64,000 bases of DNA from a virus (IMGVR_UViG_2775507096_000001:34757-98756); one strand, 5' to 3'; shown: positions 1 through 9,168, counted from the first letter of the stretch. Numbers and translations are program-made. The notes: generated by a model not told the origin, from the letters alone.

Positions 1-269
1 TGATCGCCCTCGCCGAGGCCCTCGGCCTCGAACCGCTTGACCTCGACGAAGCGGTACACGACGCCGCCGCCCGCTACGCCAGCGACGAGAGCAACACCGG
101 CTCGTGGGACGACGTCGACTCCGACGCCGCCTACGACGAAGCAGGCAGGCAGGCCGCCGACCTCAACAACAGCGGCATGGACAACCAGATCCGCTACCTG
201 GTGGCCCAGTGCGGCGCCGACCGTACCGAAGTCCACATCCGGGCCGCCGCCGGCCAGCACCACGCCTGA
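1..269 (+). CDS. Hypothetical protein, 5'-truncated by the window edge
   Basis: Open frame from nt 3 (IALAEALGLEPLDLDEAVHDAAARY...HHA*) with strong GC3 bias; TGA at 267-269. Confidence 0.7.
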   Translation, partial: IALAEALGLEPLDLDEAVHDAAARYASDESNTGSWDDVDSDAAYDEAGRQAADLNNSGMDNQIRYLVAQCGADRTEVHIRAAAGQHHA

Positions 270-341
270 GACCCGCCCACAGCGCGGCGCACCGCACCCC
301 TGCGGTGCGCCCCCTTCCACCCCTCCAAGGAGACAGAAGCC

Positions 342-641
342 ATGAAGGACCCCGTCAGCTTCCACAACCTGGACGTGCCCCCCTTCACTCCGTACGACAT
401 CGCGAAGGCCGCCCTGACGTACCTCGGCGACCAGTGGGGGGCAGACCCCGGCCCCTGGGCCACCACCGGCCACCTCCGGGCCTGGGACGGCACCCCGTTC
501 ACCATCGGCGCCCAGCCGACCGGCGAGCTGTTCCTGCGCAACGACCAGCTCGGCGACACGCTCGCGCTGCCGGTCAAGCCGACCGACGACCTCGACACCA
601 TCGCCCGCGCGGTCGACGAGACCGTAGGCCACCTCTACTGA
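342..641 (+). CDS. Hypothetical phage protein (99 aa)
   Basis: AAGGAG RBS upstream; GC3-biased codons. Confidence 0.8.
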   Translation: MKDPVSFHNLDVPPFTPYDIAKAALTYLGDQWGADPGPWATTGHLRAWDGTPFTIGAQPTGELFLRNDQLGDTLALPVKPTDDLDTIARAVDETVGHLY

Positions 642-691
642 TCTAAGCCCCGTTCAGGGGGTCAGACCCCTATCCATCCAGGAGGAGTCCG

Positions 692-1519
692 ATGGAGATC
701 CCAAGCGGCGTCTACGACGTCCTCACCGACGAGCGCACGGTCATCGCCGGCGACCGCGTGCAGATCCCGTTCGAGCTGGACAGCGCCGTCTACAAGCAGG
801 TGAACAAGATGCTGAAGGAGATCGGCGGCCGGTGGGACGGCCGAACTGCGGTCCGCGCTCACGTCTTCCCGTTCGAGGTGGAGGCGTTCATGCGGGCCTG
901 CCTCGCCACCCGCGAGTTCCCCACCCGGTACGAGCAGGGCTGGTACCCGACCCCGCCGCGGGTGGTGGACGAGATGCTGGCCCACGCGGGCATCAGCGAG
1001 GGCATGAGCGTCCTGGAGCCCTCGGCGGGCACCGGCTCCATCGTGGGCCCGGCCGCCGAGTGCGGCGCGGTCGTCGACTGCGTCGAGATCGACGAGCGGC
1101 GCGTCGCAGTCCTCCGCGAGCAGGACGCCGCCCGCCGTATCGTGCACGCTGACTTCCTCGACCTGGACCCGCTCGACTGCCCCCACGGCTACAGCAGAGT
1201 GCTGATGAACCCGCCGTTCGCGGCGGCCGTGCAGCACGTGAAGCACGCGCTGGGCTTCCTCGACGACGACGGCACGCTCGTCGCGGTCATGCCCGAGTCG
1301 GTGATGTGGCACAGCGACCGGGCCACCGTCGAGTTCCGTGAGCTGATCGCCCTCGCCGAGGGCACCTTCGCCCCGCTGCCCGACGACTCGTTCGCGCCGT
1401 CCGGGGCGAACGTGCGCACCGTCCTCCTGGTGGTCGACGCCGAGGCCGGCGGACCGCTGCCCACTCACGGCTGGCACCACAGCCAGCCCCGCCAGCTCGA
1501 CCTGTTCATCACCCCCTGA
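692..1519 (+). CDS. Amino (N6-adenine/N4-cytosine) DNA methyltransferase, gamma-like motif order
   Basis: WYPTP (motif X), VLEPSAGTG (motif I), VEID, DFL, MNPPF (motif IV), LVAVMP; AGGAGGAG RBS. Confidence 0.88.
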   Translation: MEIPSGVYDVLTDERTVIAGDRVQIPFELDSAVYKQVNKMLKEIGGRWDGRTAVRAHVFPFEVEAFMRACLATREFPTRYEQGWYPTPPRVVDEMLAHAGISEGMSVLEPSAGTGSIVGPAAECGAVVDCVEIDERRVAVLREQDAARRIVHADFLDLDPLDCPHGYSRVLMNPPFAAAVQHVKHALGFLDDDGTLVAVMPESVMWHSDRATVEFRELIALAEGTFAPLPDDSFAPSGANVRTVLLVVDAEAGGPLPTHGWHHSQPRQLDLFITP

Positions 1520-1597
1520 CCAGCGTCTCTTTTGGACTTCTTTACCGAATCAGCTTGTGAAAGCTGGCTAGTGCAAGCCGATTCGGGGAGAATGTAA
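1517..1597 (+). promoter_or_regulatory. Early promoter/operator module, copy 1
   Basis: GAATCAGCTTG(1547)-N16-CAAGCCGATTC inverted repeat overlapping TGGCTA(1565)-N17-GAGAAT; close copies at 3974 and 6437. Confidence 0.75.
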
Positions 1598-1629
1598 GTA
1601 GCACTACCCGCAGACCGGAAAGGACGAGG

Positions 1630-2049
1630 ATGGACCTCGCCACCTGCACCTACCAGGAGTTCACGCCCGAGATGGGCGCTCCGATCCGCACCACCGCAGG
1701 CCACCCCAGATTCACGCTCGGCTACGAACTGCGCGGCCACGCCCGGCTCATCACACCGACTCGGGAACTGCTCGCCCAGAACCTCCCCCAGGACGCGTAC
1801 GAGTTCAGCTACCGGCGCATCCTGAACGGCCACGGCATCGACCGCATCTACGCCGAACTGGCCGGCCTCGCCGGCCGCAACGGCGGTGCCCGCCTGGTCC
1901 TGCTCTGCTTCGACCGCCTCGACAAGCTGCCCCCGGCGGACGCCTGGTGCCACCGGCTGCACTTCGCGAAGTGGTGGCTGGAGCAGACCGGCGAGCCGAT
2001 CCCCGAACTCGGCGCCCAGCGGCCGACCCCGCCGCCCTCCCTCTTCTGA
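1630..2049 (+). CDS. DUF488-like protein
   Basis: LVLLCFD...WCHR...AKW motif typical of DUF488; AAGGA RBS. Confidence 0.65.
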   Translation: MDLATCTYQEFTPEMGAPIRTTAGHPRFTLGYELRGHARLITPTRELLAQNLPQDAYEFSYRRILNGHGIDRIYAELAGLAGRNGGARLVLLCFDRLDKLPPADAWCHRLHFAKWWLEQTGEPIPELGAQRPTPPPSLF

Positions 2050-2073
2050 CCACCACCCCACAAGGAGGACGCC

Positions 2074-2253
2074 ATGCCCGGCGCCTACTGCACGTTCTGC
2101 CGCCGCCGCTGCTTCGTCTACCGGATCATCCCCGACGGGCCCCGGAAGGGATGGGCGGGGCACCTCGCCACCTGCGCCCGCGGCATGGCGCACGACCGCG
2201 AGCAGACCGGGCACGACCACACGACGGCCATCAACCCGGCCCAGAGCCACTGA
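2074..2253 (+). CDS. Small Cys/His-rich protein (59 aa; not in ORF track)
   Basis: AAGGAGG RBS; MPGAYCTFCRRRC...HLATC...HDH. Confidence 0.7.
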   Translation: MPGAYCTFCRRRCFVYRIIPDGPRKGWAGHLATCARGMAHDREQTGHDHTTAINPAQSH

Positions 2254-2267
2254 CACAGCCAGCACGA

Positions 2268-2318
2268 CCAGCCGGCCGGAACCCCATGGGGTCCCGGCCG
2301 GACCCACACCCGAAAGGA
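2268..2318 (+). repeat. Hairpin + C-rich spacer + RBS intergenic repeat (copy 1; copy 2 at 2546-2596)
   Basis: CCAGCCGGCCGG..CCCCA(T/C)GGG.TCCCGGCCGGAC.CACACCCG.AAGGA in both positions. Confidence 0.8.
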
Positions 2319-2326
2319 ATGAAGCC

Positions 2327-2536
2327 GTGAGCACAACCCAGGCCCGACCCGAATCGAACCCGGCCGGTGACGAACTCCTCGCTGGCGTCATCGCCCGCAT
2401 CGGCTCCTGGGGCGCCCTCGGCGTCATGCGTTCCGCCGTCGAGCTGTACGGCGAGAACGGCGACCCGAACGACGTCCTGAGCGACACCCAGGTCGAACAG
2501 CTCGCCGCGCTCGCCAAGTACTTCGACCAGGCCTGA
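2327..2536 (+). CDS. Hypothetical protein (69 aa)
   Basis: GTG start after AAAGGA; MSTTQARPES...AKYFDQA. Confidence 0.7.
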   Translation: MSTTQARPESNPAGDELLAGVIARIGSWGALGVMRSAVELYGENGDPNDVLSDTQVEQLAALAKYFDQA

Positions 2537-2545
2537 CGACCGCCA

Positions 2546-2596
2546 CCAGCCGGCCGGGACCCCACGGGATCCCGGCCGGACTCACACCCGGAAGGA
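2546..2596 (+). repeat. Hairpin + RBS intergenic repeat, copy 2
   Basis: Near-identical to 2268-2318. Confidence 0.8.
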
Positions 2597-2601
2597 ACGC
2601 C

Positions 2602-2988
2602 ATGCGCCACCGCGAGGGCTGCAAGGGCCCGCACCTCAACCCCGGAGAGACCGCCATCCCGGCCGGCGACGTCCGCAAAGGCGACATCGTGCTCGCCGCC
2701 ACGATCGAGCTGAACGGCCACACCGACCGGCTCGACCACGCCACCCCGTACACCGCCGACCCCCGGCCCGACGACCCCGGCTGCGGCTGCGCCGGACACC
2801 GCAGCCTCACCGCCGAGGACCGCGCGAAGCCACTCGTCGTCCTGTACGACGGCCCGATCTGGGACGGAGCGTGCGACGTCGTCCCCGCCGACGCGCTCGT
2901 GATCATCCGCGAGCGCGCCGAGGAACGCCCCGCCCCGTCGCGCGAGCAGAGCGGCATGGATGTGCTCCGCGACCTGCTCCGCCTCTGA
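2602..2988 (+). CDS. Hypothetical protein (128 aa)
   Basis: GAAGGA RBS; GC3 bias. Confidence 0.78.
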   Translation: MRHREGCKGPHLNPGETAIPAGDVRKGDIVLAATIELNGHTDRLDHATPYTADPRPDDPGCGCAGHRSLTAEDRAKPLVVLYDGPIWDGACDVVPADALVIIRERAEERPAPSREQSGMDVLRDLLRL

Positions 2989-3057
2989 CCAGACCACCAC
3001 GACGGGCGGGACGCCTCGATGTCCCGCCCGTCGCCCATACCCGGAAGGAACGAACCC

Positions 3058-3681
3058 TTGAGCGAGATCGAGACCAGAGTCTGCATCGACGACACGCTCG
3101 GCCCGTACGACGCGCGGCTGGACCCCGGCCGCCGCTGGAACGGCTTTCTGATGCCCCGCTTCACCCTCGACACCGTCCGCCGGCTCTCCGTCCGGACGCT
3201 GGAACTGGCGGACGAGTACGGCTACGACTCCGTGGAGACGGTGCACGTCATCGACGGCTACTCCGACAGCCCGAGCAGCGTCCACTTCATCGAGGGCGGC
3301 ACCGACCGCGAGGGCAACCCGAGGGGGGCCGTCGCGCACATCCGCTGGCCGTTCCTCGATGAGGACCCCGACAGGGCCGTGTCGTTCTTCACCGGCCGCC
3401 CCGGCGCCCAGGTGAAGCCCGTGGAGCCCGCCGCGGTGGGCGTGCGCCGCACGGTCGTGTTCACCATGAGCTGGCAGTGGTGGGAGGAAGACCGGGGCGC
3501 TGAAGGAATCGCCGACGTCTACCAGCCCGACGATGAGTGCCGCTACGGCATCGGCGGCGGCTCGTGGTGCTGGCACTTCGCCGGCTGGTGGTGCGCCTGC
3601 GGCAGGGACAACGACTGGCACGTCCTAAAGTGCCCGAGCTGCGAACTGCCCCGCGACGCCCAGCCTGCGAAGACCACCTGA
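3058..3681 (+). CDS. Hypothetical protein with RWNG..PRFT motif and C-terminal Zn ribbon
   Basis: TTG start after GGAAGGA (track start 3019); CACG...CPSC near C-terminus. Confidence 0.72.
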   Translation: MSEIETRVCIDDTLGPYDARLDPGRRWNGFLMPRFTLDTVRRLSVRTLELADEYGYDSVETVHVIDGYSDSPSSVHFIEGGTDREGNPRGAVAHIRWPFLDEDPDRAVSFFTGRPGAQVKPVEPAAVGVRRTVVFTMSWQWWEEDRGAEGIADVYQPDDECRYGIGGGSWCWHFAGWWCACGRDNDWHVLKCPSCELPRDAQPAKTT

Positions 3682-3715
3682 CCTCTCCCACCCCAGCAAG
3701 GAGCAAGTTGTGCCC

Positions 3716-3976
3716 ATGATCGCCGCCTTTCCGGCCGAGAAGTGCACCGTCCGGCTCGTCAGCCTCGCCACCGGCGAGGAGATCAAGCCCGGCCAGTTGA
3801 TCCCCGAGCCGTACGGGCGCGGGCAGATCACCTACCTCGGCCCCACCGTCACCCGCGCGGAGGGCGCCAAGAAGGGTCGGCCCGGTCGGGTCGCGGTCGT
3901 CCGGTACTCGTCACCGGAAACCGACTGGGTGTTCCTGCCCGCCGAGCTGAACGCCCGGTACGAAGACCTCGTCTGA
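3716..3976 (+). CDS. Hypothetical protein
   Basis: AAGGAG RBS; start 3710 or 3716. Confidence 0.72.
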   Translation: MIAAFPAEKCTVRLVSLATGEEIKPGQLIPEPYGRGQITYLGPTVTRAEGAKKGRPGRVAVVRYSSPETDWVFLPAELNARYEDLV

Positions 3977-4056
3977 CCTGCGGTTTTCTTAGAAGTTCTT
4001 TTACTGAATCGGCTTGTTAAATCTGGCTAGGGTAAGTCGATTCAGGAAGAATGATC
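3974..4056 (+). promoter_or_regulatory. Early promoter/operator module, copy 2
   Basis: TGACCTGCGG...GAATCGGCTTG(4006)-N16-TAAGTCGATTC; TGGCTA(4024)-N17-AAGAAT. Confidence 0.75.
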
Positions 4057-4096
4057 TTGATCCAACCACCACCCCGACCAGCGACCGGGAGACCGC

Positions 4097-4618
4097 ATGC
4101 GCGCCAACATCCGCCGCACCACCCTCGACGCCCTCCACGCCGACGCGGACGCCGCCCTGGCCCAGCTCAACATCGACGCGGACGCTGCCTACATCTGGAC
4201 CCTCACCATCTGGCAGCCCGGCCAGCCCACCACCGAGCGCACCGAACTGGTCCCCGGCCGTGAACTCGCCACGCTGGTCCGCGTCCAGCTCCTCACCTCC
4301 ATGCACGAGATCGAGCAGGACGAGACCACCGGCACGATCACCACCCGCTGGACCCGGCAGAGCAAGCGGAACAACTACCGCACCCAGCAGGCAGTGTTCG
4401 CGAAGCTCAGCGACGGCCAGGCCGCCACCCTGACCGCCCGCGCCGCCTCCACCCCCCACACCCCCGCCCACGCGCTCGACGACCCCGCCCGGTTTGTCAG
4501 CCGCCGCGTCCTGGCCCCCGCCCCGGCCGCCCGGCCCCGGGCCACCGTCCCCGCCCGCCCGAAGGTCTGCGACCGCTGCTTCCAGGTGCCCGCCGCCAAC
4601 GGCACCTGCGGCTGCTGA
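4097..4618 (+). CDS. Hypothetical protein with C-terminal Zn ribbon
   Basis: GGGAG RBS; ends CDRCFQVPAANGTCGC. Confidence 0.78.
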   Translation: MRANIRRTTLDALHADADAALAQLNIDADAAYIWTLTIWQPGQPTTERTELVPGRELATLVRVQLLTSMHEIEQDETTGTITTRWTRQSKRNNYRTQQAVFAKLSDGQAATLTARAASTPHTPAHALDDPARFVSRRVLAPAPAARPRATVPARPKVCDRCFQVPAANGTCGC

Positions 4619-4690
4619 CCTCCCACCCCGCCCAGCCGGCGCCGCCCCGACCGGGGCGGCGCCCACCCATGCCAGCAAGGAGAGAACGAC

Positions 4691-6439
4691 GTGCCCTACA
4701 TAGACGCCACCACGCGCGCCATGGCGGCGGCGTCCACCGCCACCACCCCCAGCCCCGCCCGCGCGTACAAGCACGACGGCAGCGTGCTGACCGCCATGAG
4801 CTGGTTCTGCGGGGCCGGCGGCGATACACAGGGCGCCGACGCGGTCCCCGGCGTCCAGGTCACCAGAGGCGCGAACCACTGGGACGTCGCGCTCGCCACC
4901 CACGCCTGGAACAACCCGCACTGCGACCTGTGGAAGGGCGACATCCGCCGGGCCCCGGTCGAGAAGTGGCCGGTCTGCCAGCTGTTCTGGGCGTCGCCCG
5001 AGTGCCCGAAGTGGTCGGCGGCCCGAGGTGTGAAGGTCGACTTCGACCGCACGCTGCAAGGCGACTTCGACTTCGACGAGCCCGAGTTCAAGAGCGAGAA
5101 GGAGCGCCGGGCCGCCGAGGAGCGCAGCCGCGCCCTCATGGAAGAAGTCCCGATGTACCTGCGGGGCGTCATCAACCGCGGCGGCCTGGTCCTCGGCGGA
5201 GTCGTCGAGAACGTCATTGACTGCCGGGGCTGGGACCAGTGGGACCGCTGGGTCGGCGAGTTCCACAAGCTCGGGTACCGGACCAAGCTCCTGGCGATCA
5301 ACTCGATGCACGTCGCCCCCCGCACTCTCGACCGCGTCCCACAGTCCCGCGACAGGCTGTACTTCGTCTACTGGCACGAGAGCCTGGGCCGAGACCCCGA
5401 CTTCGACAAGTGGGTGCTGCGGCCGGACGCCTGGTGCTACGACTGCGAAGAGCAGGTCCGCTCAGTCCAGGTCTTCCGCAAGCCCGGCAAGGACATGGGC
5501 CGCTACCGGCAGAGCTACGACTACCGCTGCCCCCGCTCGGACTGCCGGGCGGTTGTTGAGCCGTACGTCCTCCCCGCGGCGGCTGCCATCGACTTCACGA
5601 TCCCGGGAACGCCGATCGGCGACCGCGAGAAGACCGACGACTGCCCCGAGGGCCTGGCCCCGGCCACGATCGCCCGCATCCGGGCCGGCGGCTCCAAGTA
5701 CTGGGGCTGGGGCGCGGACTTCCACCAGCTGGACGGGCAGGACTCGCTGTTCGGCGACGTCGACGAAGAACAACTGCCTGAGGCCCCTGGCAGCCCGCTC
5801 CTCGTCCCAGCCGGCGGGACCTGGCGGGACAAAGCCATCCACCTTGGCCAGCCCATGCCGACCAGGACGACGGTCGAGACCGACGGCATCGCCTTCCCGC
5901 CCCTGCTGATCCCCTGCGAGGGCCGCACCGGAAAGAAGGCCATGCGGCTGGAAGACCCGCTGCGCACCCAGACGGCCCGAGCCGAGACCGCCCTCGCCTA
6001 CCTCCCGTTCGTGGTCCCCATGCGGGGCGGCGGCGACAAGGAGAAGGCCCGTCACATCGGCCACCCACTCCACACCGTCTCGGCCGGCGGCAACCACCAC
6101 GGCCTGGTGACCGCCCCGGATCACCTCCTCGTCCCGTACTACGGCAACGGGCAGGCCCGCCCGGTCACCGACCCGATCGGAGCGCTGCCCACCCGGGACC
6201 GCTACGCGCTGGTCAGCCGGGACTTCCGGATCGACGACGTCCTGTTCCGGATGCTCCAGCCCGAGGAGATCAAGAAGGCGATGGCGTTCAGGGGGAAGTA
6301 CAAGATCCTGGGCTCCAAGCGGCACCAGGTGCGTCAGCTCGGCAACGCGGTCACCCCGGCGGTCGCGGAAGTCCTGTACTGCGCGCTGGTCGAGTGCATC
6401 ACCGGCGAGGAGATCGACCGGTACGCGATGGTCGCCTGA
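4691..6439 (+). CDS. C5-cytosine DNA methyltransferase with long variable region
   Basis: FCGAGG (I), GDI, SPEC (IV, catalytic Cys), ENV (VI), PQSRDRLY (VIII), RML.PEE (IX), QLGNAV (X). Confidence 0.93.
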   Translation: MPYIDATTRAMAAASTATTPSPARAYKHDGSVLTAMSWFCGAGGDTQGADAVPGVQVTRGANHWDVALATHAWNNPHCDLWKGDIRRAPVEKWPVCQLFWASPECPKWSAARGVKVDFDRTLQGDFDFDEPEFKSEKERRAAEERSRALMEEVPMYLRGVINRGGLVLGGVVENVIDCRGWDQWDRWVGEFHKLGYRTKLLAINSMHVAPRTLDRVPQSRDRLYFVYWHESLGRDPDFDKWVLRPDAWCYDCEEQVRSVQVFRKPGKDMGRYRQSYDYRCPRSDCRAVVEPYVLPAAAAIDFTIPGTPIGDREKTDDCPEGLAPATIARIRAGGSKYWGWGADFHQLDGQDSLFGDVDEEQLPEAPGSPLLVPAGGTWRDKAIHLGQPMPTRTTVETDGIAFPPLLIPCEGRTGKKAMRLEDPLRTQTARAETALAYLPFVVPMRGGGDKEKARHIGHPLHTVSAGGNHHGLVTAPDHLLVPYYGNGQARPVTDPIGALPTRDRYALVSRDFRIDDVLFRMLQPEEIKKAMAFRGKYKILGSKRHQVRQLGNAVTPAVAEVLYCALVECITGEEIDRYAMVA

Positions 6440-6520
6440 CCTGCGGTTTCCTTAGAAGTTCCTTTACTGAATCGGCTTGTCAAAACTGGCTAGGGCAAGC
6501 CGATTCGGGCAGAATGAAAG
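6437..6520 (+). promoter_or_regulatory. Early promoter/operator module, copy 3
   Basis: TGACCTGCGG...GAATCGGCTTG(6469)-N16-CAAGCCGATTC; TGGCTA(6487)-N17-CAGAAT. Confidence 0.75.
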
Positions 6521-6562
6521 TAGTTCAAAAACACACCAACCTGCACAGAAGGGCAGCGAGCC

Positions 6563-6766
6563 ATGAGCATCCGCATCACCCCTACCACCGCGAACACCAC
6601 CGCGAACCGCACCCCCGAGCCGCGCCCCATACAGCCCGCGACGCCCACCGTCCCGCCGACCAGCTTCGGCACCTGCAAGGAGTGCACGGCGGAGCTGACG
6701 CCCCTGCTCAACGACAAGGGGCAGGTGCGCACGGTGTTCTGCGAGTACTGCGAGTTCGGCATCTGA
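6563..6766 (+). CDS. Small Zn-ribbon protein (67 aa)
   Basis: CKEC...CEYC; first gene after promoter copy 3. Confidence 0.72.
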   Translation: MSIRITPTTANTTANRTPEPRPIQPATPTVPPTSFGTCKECTAELTPLLNDKGQVRTVFCEYCEFGI

Positions 6767-6902
6767 CCGGCCGGACGGCCCCCGGGCCGTCCCCTGAGCA
6801 GGCGGCGTGACGGGCCCCGGCCCGGTGCGCGCCGCCCGCTCAGGAACCGTCAGCCGCCCCACCCGGGGTCGGCACACCACCACACCCAGAAGGAGCCACC
6901 GA

Positions 6903-7916
6903 ATGGCCACCACCGCCCGCCCCACCCGGATCGGCGTCATCGCCGATGCCGTCCTCACCGAGAGCGGCAACCCCTACAACCTGAAGTTCGCCGTCCTCGA
7001 CGCCCAGCCGGCCGGCGTCCTGGACGACCTCCCCACGCCGAACTACGTGGTCGGCAACGCCCTGTACCGAACCGGCGTGATCGTCGACACCGACGGCCGC
7101 GGCCGGGGAGTCGCCTGGCCCGCCCTGCCGTGCGCCGAGTCCCTGCTGGCCACGGTCTTCCCGAACACCAGTCAGTTCGAGCTGTACGACGGGGAGCCGC
7201 GCAAGAACTGCTCGCGCACGGAAGCGGTCGGATTCCTCCGCCGCCTGCTGACCGCCGGGGTCACGCACCACTGGCGCACGCTGTCCGACTGGGACACCCG
7301 CGAAATGCGCCTCGCCTACCCCGGGGACGGCATGTTCGCGGGACGCATCAGGGGCATCGTCAAGCCGACCGATGACCCGGCGCCGGCCCCGCGAGAGGCC
7401 GCTGAGGGAAGCGCCGTAGCGACCTACACCGCCACCGCCGACCGCGTCCTCACGGTCACCGCAACCCGCTCGCCGGAGGCCTCCCCTTCGTTCTCCATCG
7501 GCGGCCTGCCCGCCTACGCGGCCGAGACCCGCGACCGCATCCGCGCCGCGATCACCAACGCGGGCCACACCTGGCCCACCGGAAAGAACGCCGTCTACGT
7601 CGGTCCGAACTGCACGGCCCCCAGTCCCGCCTTCGACCTGGCCGCAGCCTGCGCGGTCCTCGCGGCCGGAGGCAGCATCGACCCGGCCGCCCTGAAGGGG
7701 GTCGTCCTGATCGGCGAACTCGGACTCGACGGCCGGGTCTTGCCCGTGGCCGACGTCACCGCCCTCGTCCAGACCGCCCAGGCCGCCGGCTACCGGAAGG
7801 TGATCGTGCCCGCCGCGAACTTCGACGAGGCGAGCCGGAACATCGACGTCACCCCCGTCGGCGCCAACACCCTCGGCGCGGCCCTCGACTTCCTGGAGGA
7901 GATGGCCAAGGCCTGA
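6903..7916 (+). CDS. Unknown N-terminal domain fused to a ComM/YifB (Mg-chelatase-like) N-terminal Lon-C-like domain, no AAA+ domain
   Basis: FSIGGLP...ETRDRIRAAI...FDLAAA...IGELGLDGRV...VIVPAAN; ATG 6903 after AAGGAG. Confidence 0.75.
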   Translation: MATTARPTRIGVIADAVLTESGNPYNLKFAVLDAQPAGVLDDLPTPNYVVGNALYRTGVIVDTDGRGRGVAWPALPCAESLLATVFPNTSQFELYDGEPRKNCSRTEAVGFLRRLLTAGVTHHWRTLSDWDTREMRLAYPGDGMFAGRIRGIVKPTDDPAPAPREAAEGSAVATYTATADRVLTVTATRSPEASPSFSIGGLPAYAAETRDRIRAAITNAGHTWPTGKNAVYVGPNCTAPSPAFDLAAACAVLAAGGSIDPAALKGVVLIGELGLDGRVLPVADVTALVQTAQAAGYRKVIVPAANFDEASRNIDVTPVGANTLGAALDFLEEMAKA

Positions 7917-7925
7917 CCGCACCGC

Positions 7926-7956
7926 GGGCCGGGGAGCAGGCAGCGCCCCCCGGCCC
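7926..7956 (+). repeat. GC-rich hairpin repeat, copy 1 of 3
   Basis: GGGCCGGGGAGC-AGGCAGC-GCCCCCCGGCCC; also at 8410 and 9184. Confidence 0.8.
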
Positions 7957-8001
7957 CAGCCCGACCAGCTACCACCAGCACACACGAAGGGACCCACCCG
8001 T

Positions 8002-8394
8002 ATGACCGGCAAAGCCTTCTGGACCGAATACTTCGAGGACGCCTACCGCGACGCCGCCAAGAAGCGGCGCGAACTCCTCGACCGCGGCCTGCTCCTGATC
8101 ACCCACCTGATCCGCGAGGAACTGCCAACCGCTACCGCCATCAGCGTCAACGGCAGCGTCCTGACCACCGTGCACGACGGCGAGACCGTCCTCTGGCGGT
8201 TCAACGACGAGACCAGCAGCAAGCTGAACGACGCCACCCGGCGGCACGTCCGGGACACGCTGCTCGACATGCGTAGCTTCCACACCACGGCATCGCTCCT
8301 CGCAGCCGACTGGAAGCAGGTCACGGACCTGCTCGACACGCTGCGCGTCGACCTTCCCGCCGACCCCGACCGGGACCAGCAGCCCCGCCCGTAG
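8002..8394 (+). CDS. Hypothetical protein (130 aa)
   Basis: GAAGGGA RBS; GC3 bias. Confidence 0.8.
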   Translation: MTGKAFWTEYFEDAYRDAAKKRRELLDRGLLLITHLIREELPTATAISVNGSVLTTVHDGETVLWRFNDETSSKLNDATRRHVRDTLLDMRSFHTTASLLAADWKQVTDLLDTLRVDLPADPDRDQQPRP

Positions 8395-8440
8395 CCGGCC
8401 AGCACACCAGGGCCGGGGAGCAGGCAGCGCACCCCGGCCC
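8383..8440 (+). repeat. 58-bp direct repeat (last codons + stop + hairpin), copy A
   Basis: Matches 9157-9214 with 2 mismatches. Confidence 0.88.
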
Positions 8441-8469
8441 CGCCACCCAACCCCCGGAAAGGGAAACCT

Positions 8470-9168
8470 GTGAACGACTTCCCGAAGACAGCCGTGATCC
8501 GAGCGGCGGCCATCTTCACCGCCGCGTTCAACGCCGTCTACGACGAGGACGACTGGCTGACCATCGGCGTCGACAACGGCACCGGCGCCGAGGTCAACGT
8601 CACCGGCTCGCTGTACGACGGAGCAATCCGCTTCGACCCAGCCGACGTCGTGATGCTCCTGGACTTCCTCACCCGCGTCCTGGCCAAGGACGAGTCCCGG
8701 TACAACCCGTACGGCATCGTCGCCGTCACCGTCCCCAACGGCGACGGCGAACCCAACGCATGGGCCTGGCACCTGCTGCACATGACCCCCCTGACCCACG
8801 ACCAGTCCCGCAGCTGGCTCGGCGGCGAGGTCCGCTACAACGACGGCCTCACCCTGGCACCCGACCAGGTCCGCAGCCCCGACAACACCGCAGTCACCGA
8901 AGAGGTACGCGAGATCCTCCGCGCGCGCGGCCTCACCGCACGACGCCTGCCGGAACACCCGATGGAAGACCCCGACCACGACTGCGGCACCTGCTCCGCC
9001 GACCACCGGCCGATCGTGCCGCCCATGGTCGGCATCGGTCCGTACTGCGCGTGCGGCTGGACCCCCCGCAACGGCTACAGCATCCACGACCACCTGAAGG
9101 ACCAGGGCGCCTGGCCGCCCGCCCCCATCGAGCACTCGCCGCGCGGCCACTTCGGTCCCCGCCCGTAG
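8470..9168 (+). CDS. Hypothetical protein (232 aa) with C-terminal Cys/His cluster
   Basis: AAAGGGA RBS; flanked by the 58-bp direct repeats. Confidence 0.78.
   Translation: MNDFPKTAVIRAAAIFTAAFNAVYDEDDWLTIGVDNGTGAEVNVTGSLYDGAIRFDPADVVMLLDFLTRVLAKDESRYNPYGIVAVTVPNGDGEPNAWAWHLLHMTPLTHDQSRSWLGGEVRYNDGLTLAPDQVRSPDNTAVTEEVREILRARGLTARRLPEHPMEDPDHDCGTCSADHRPIVPPMVGIGPYCACGWTPRNGYSIHDHLKDQGAWPPAPIEHSPRGHFGPRP

Noticed and set aside
692-6439. A restriction-modification or BREX/DISARM-type defence island
   Set aside because: No nuclease, helicase or ATPase partners recognised; the MTases sit among phage early genes.
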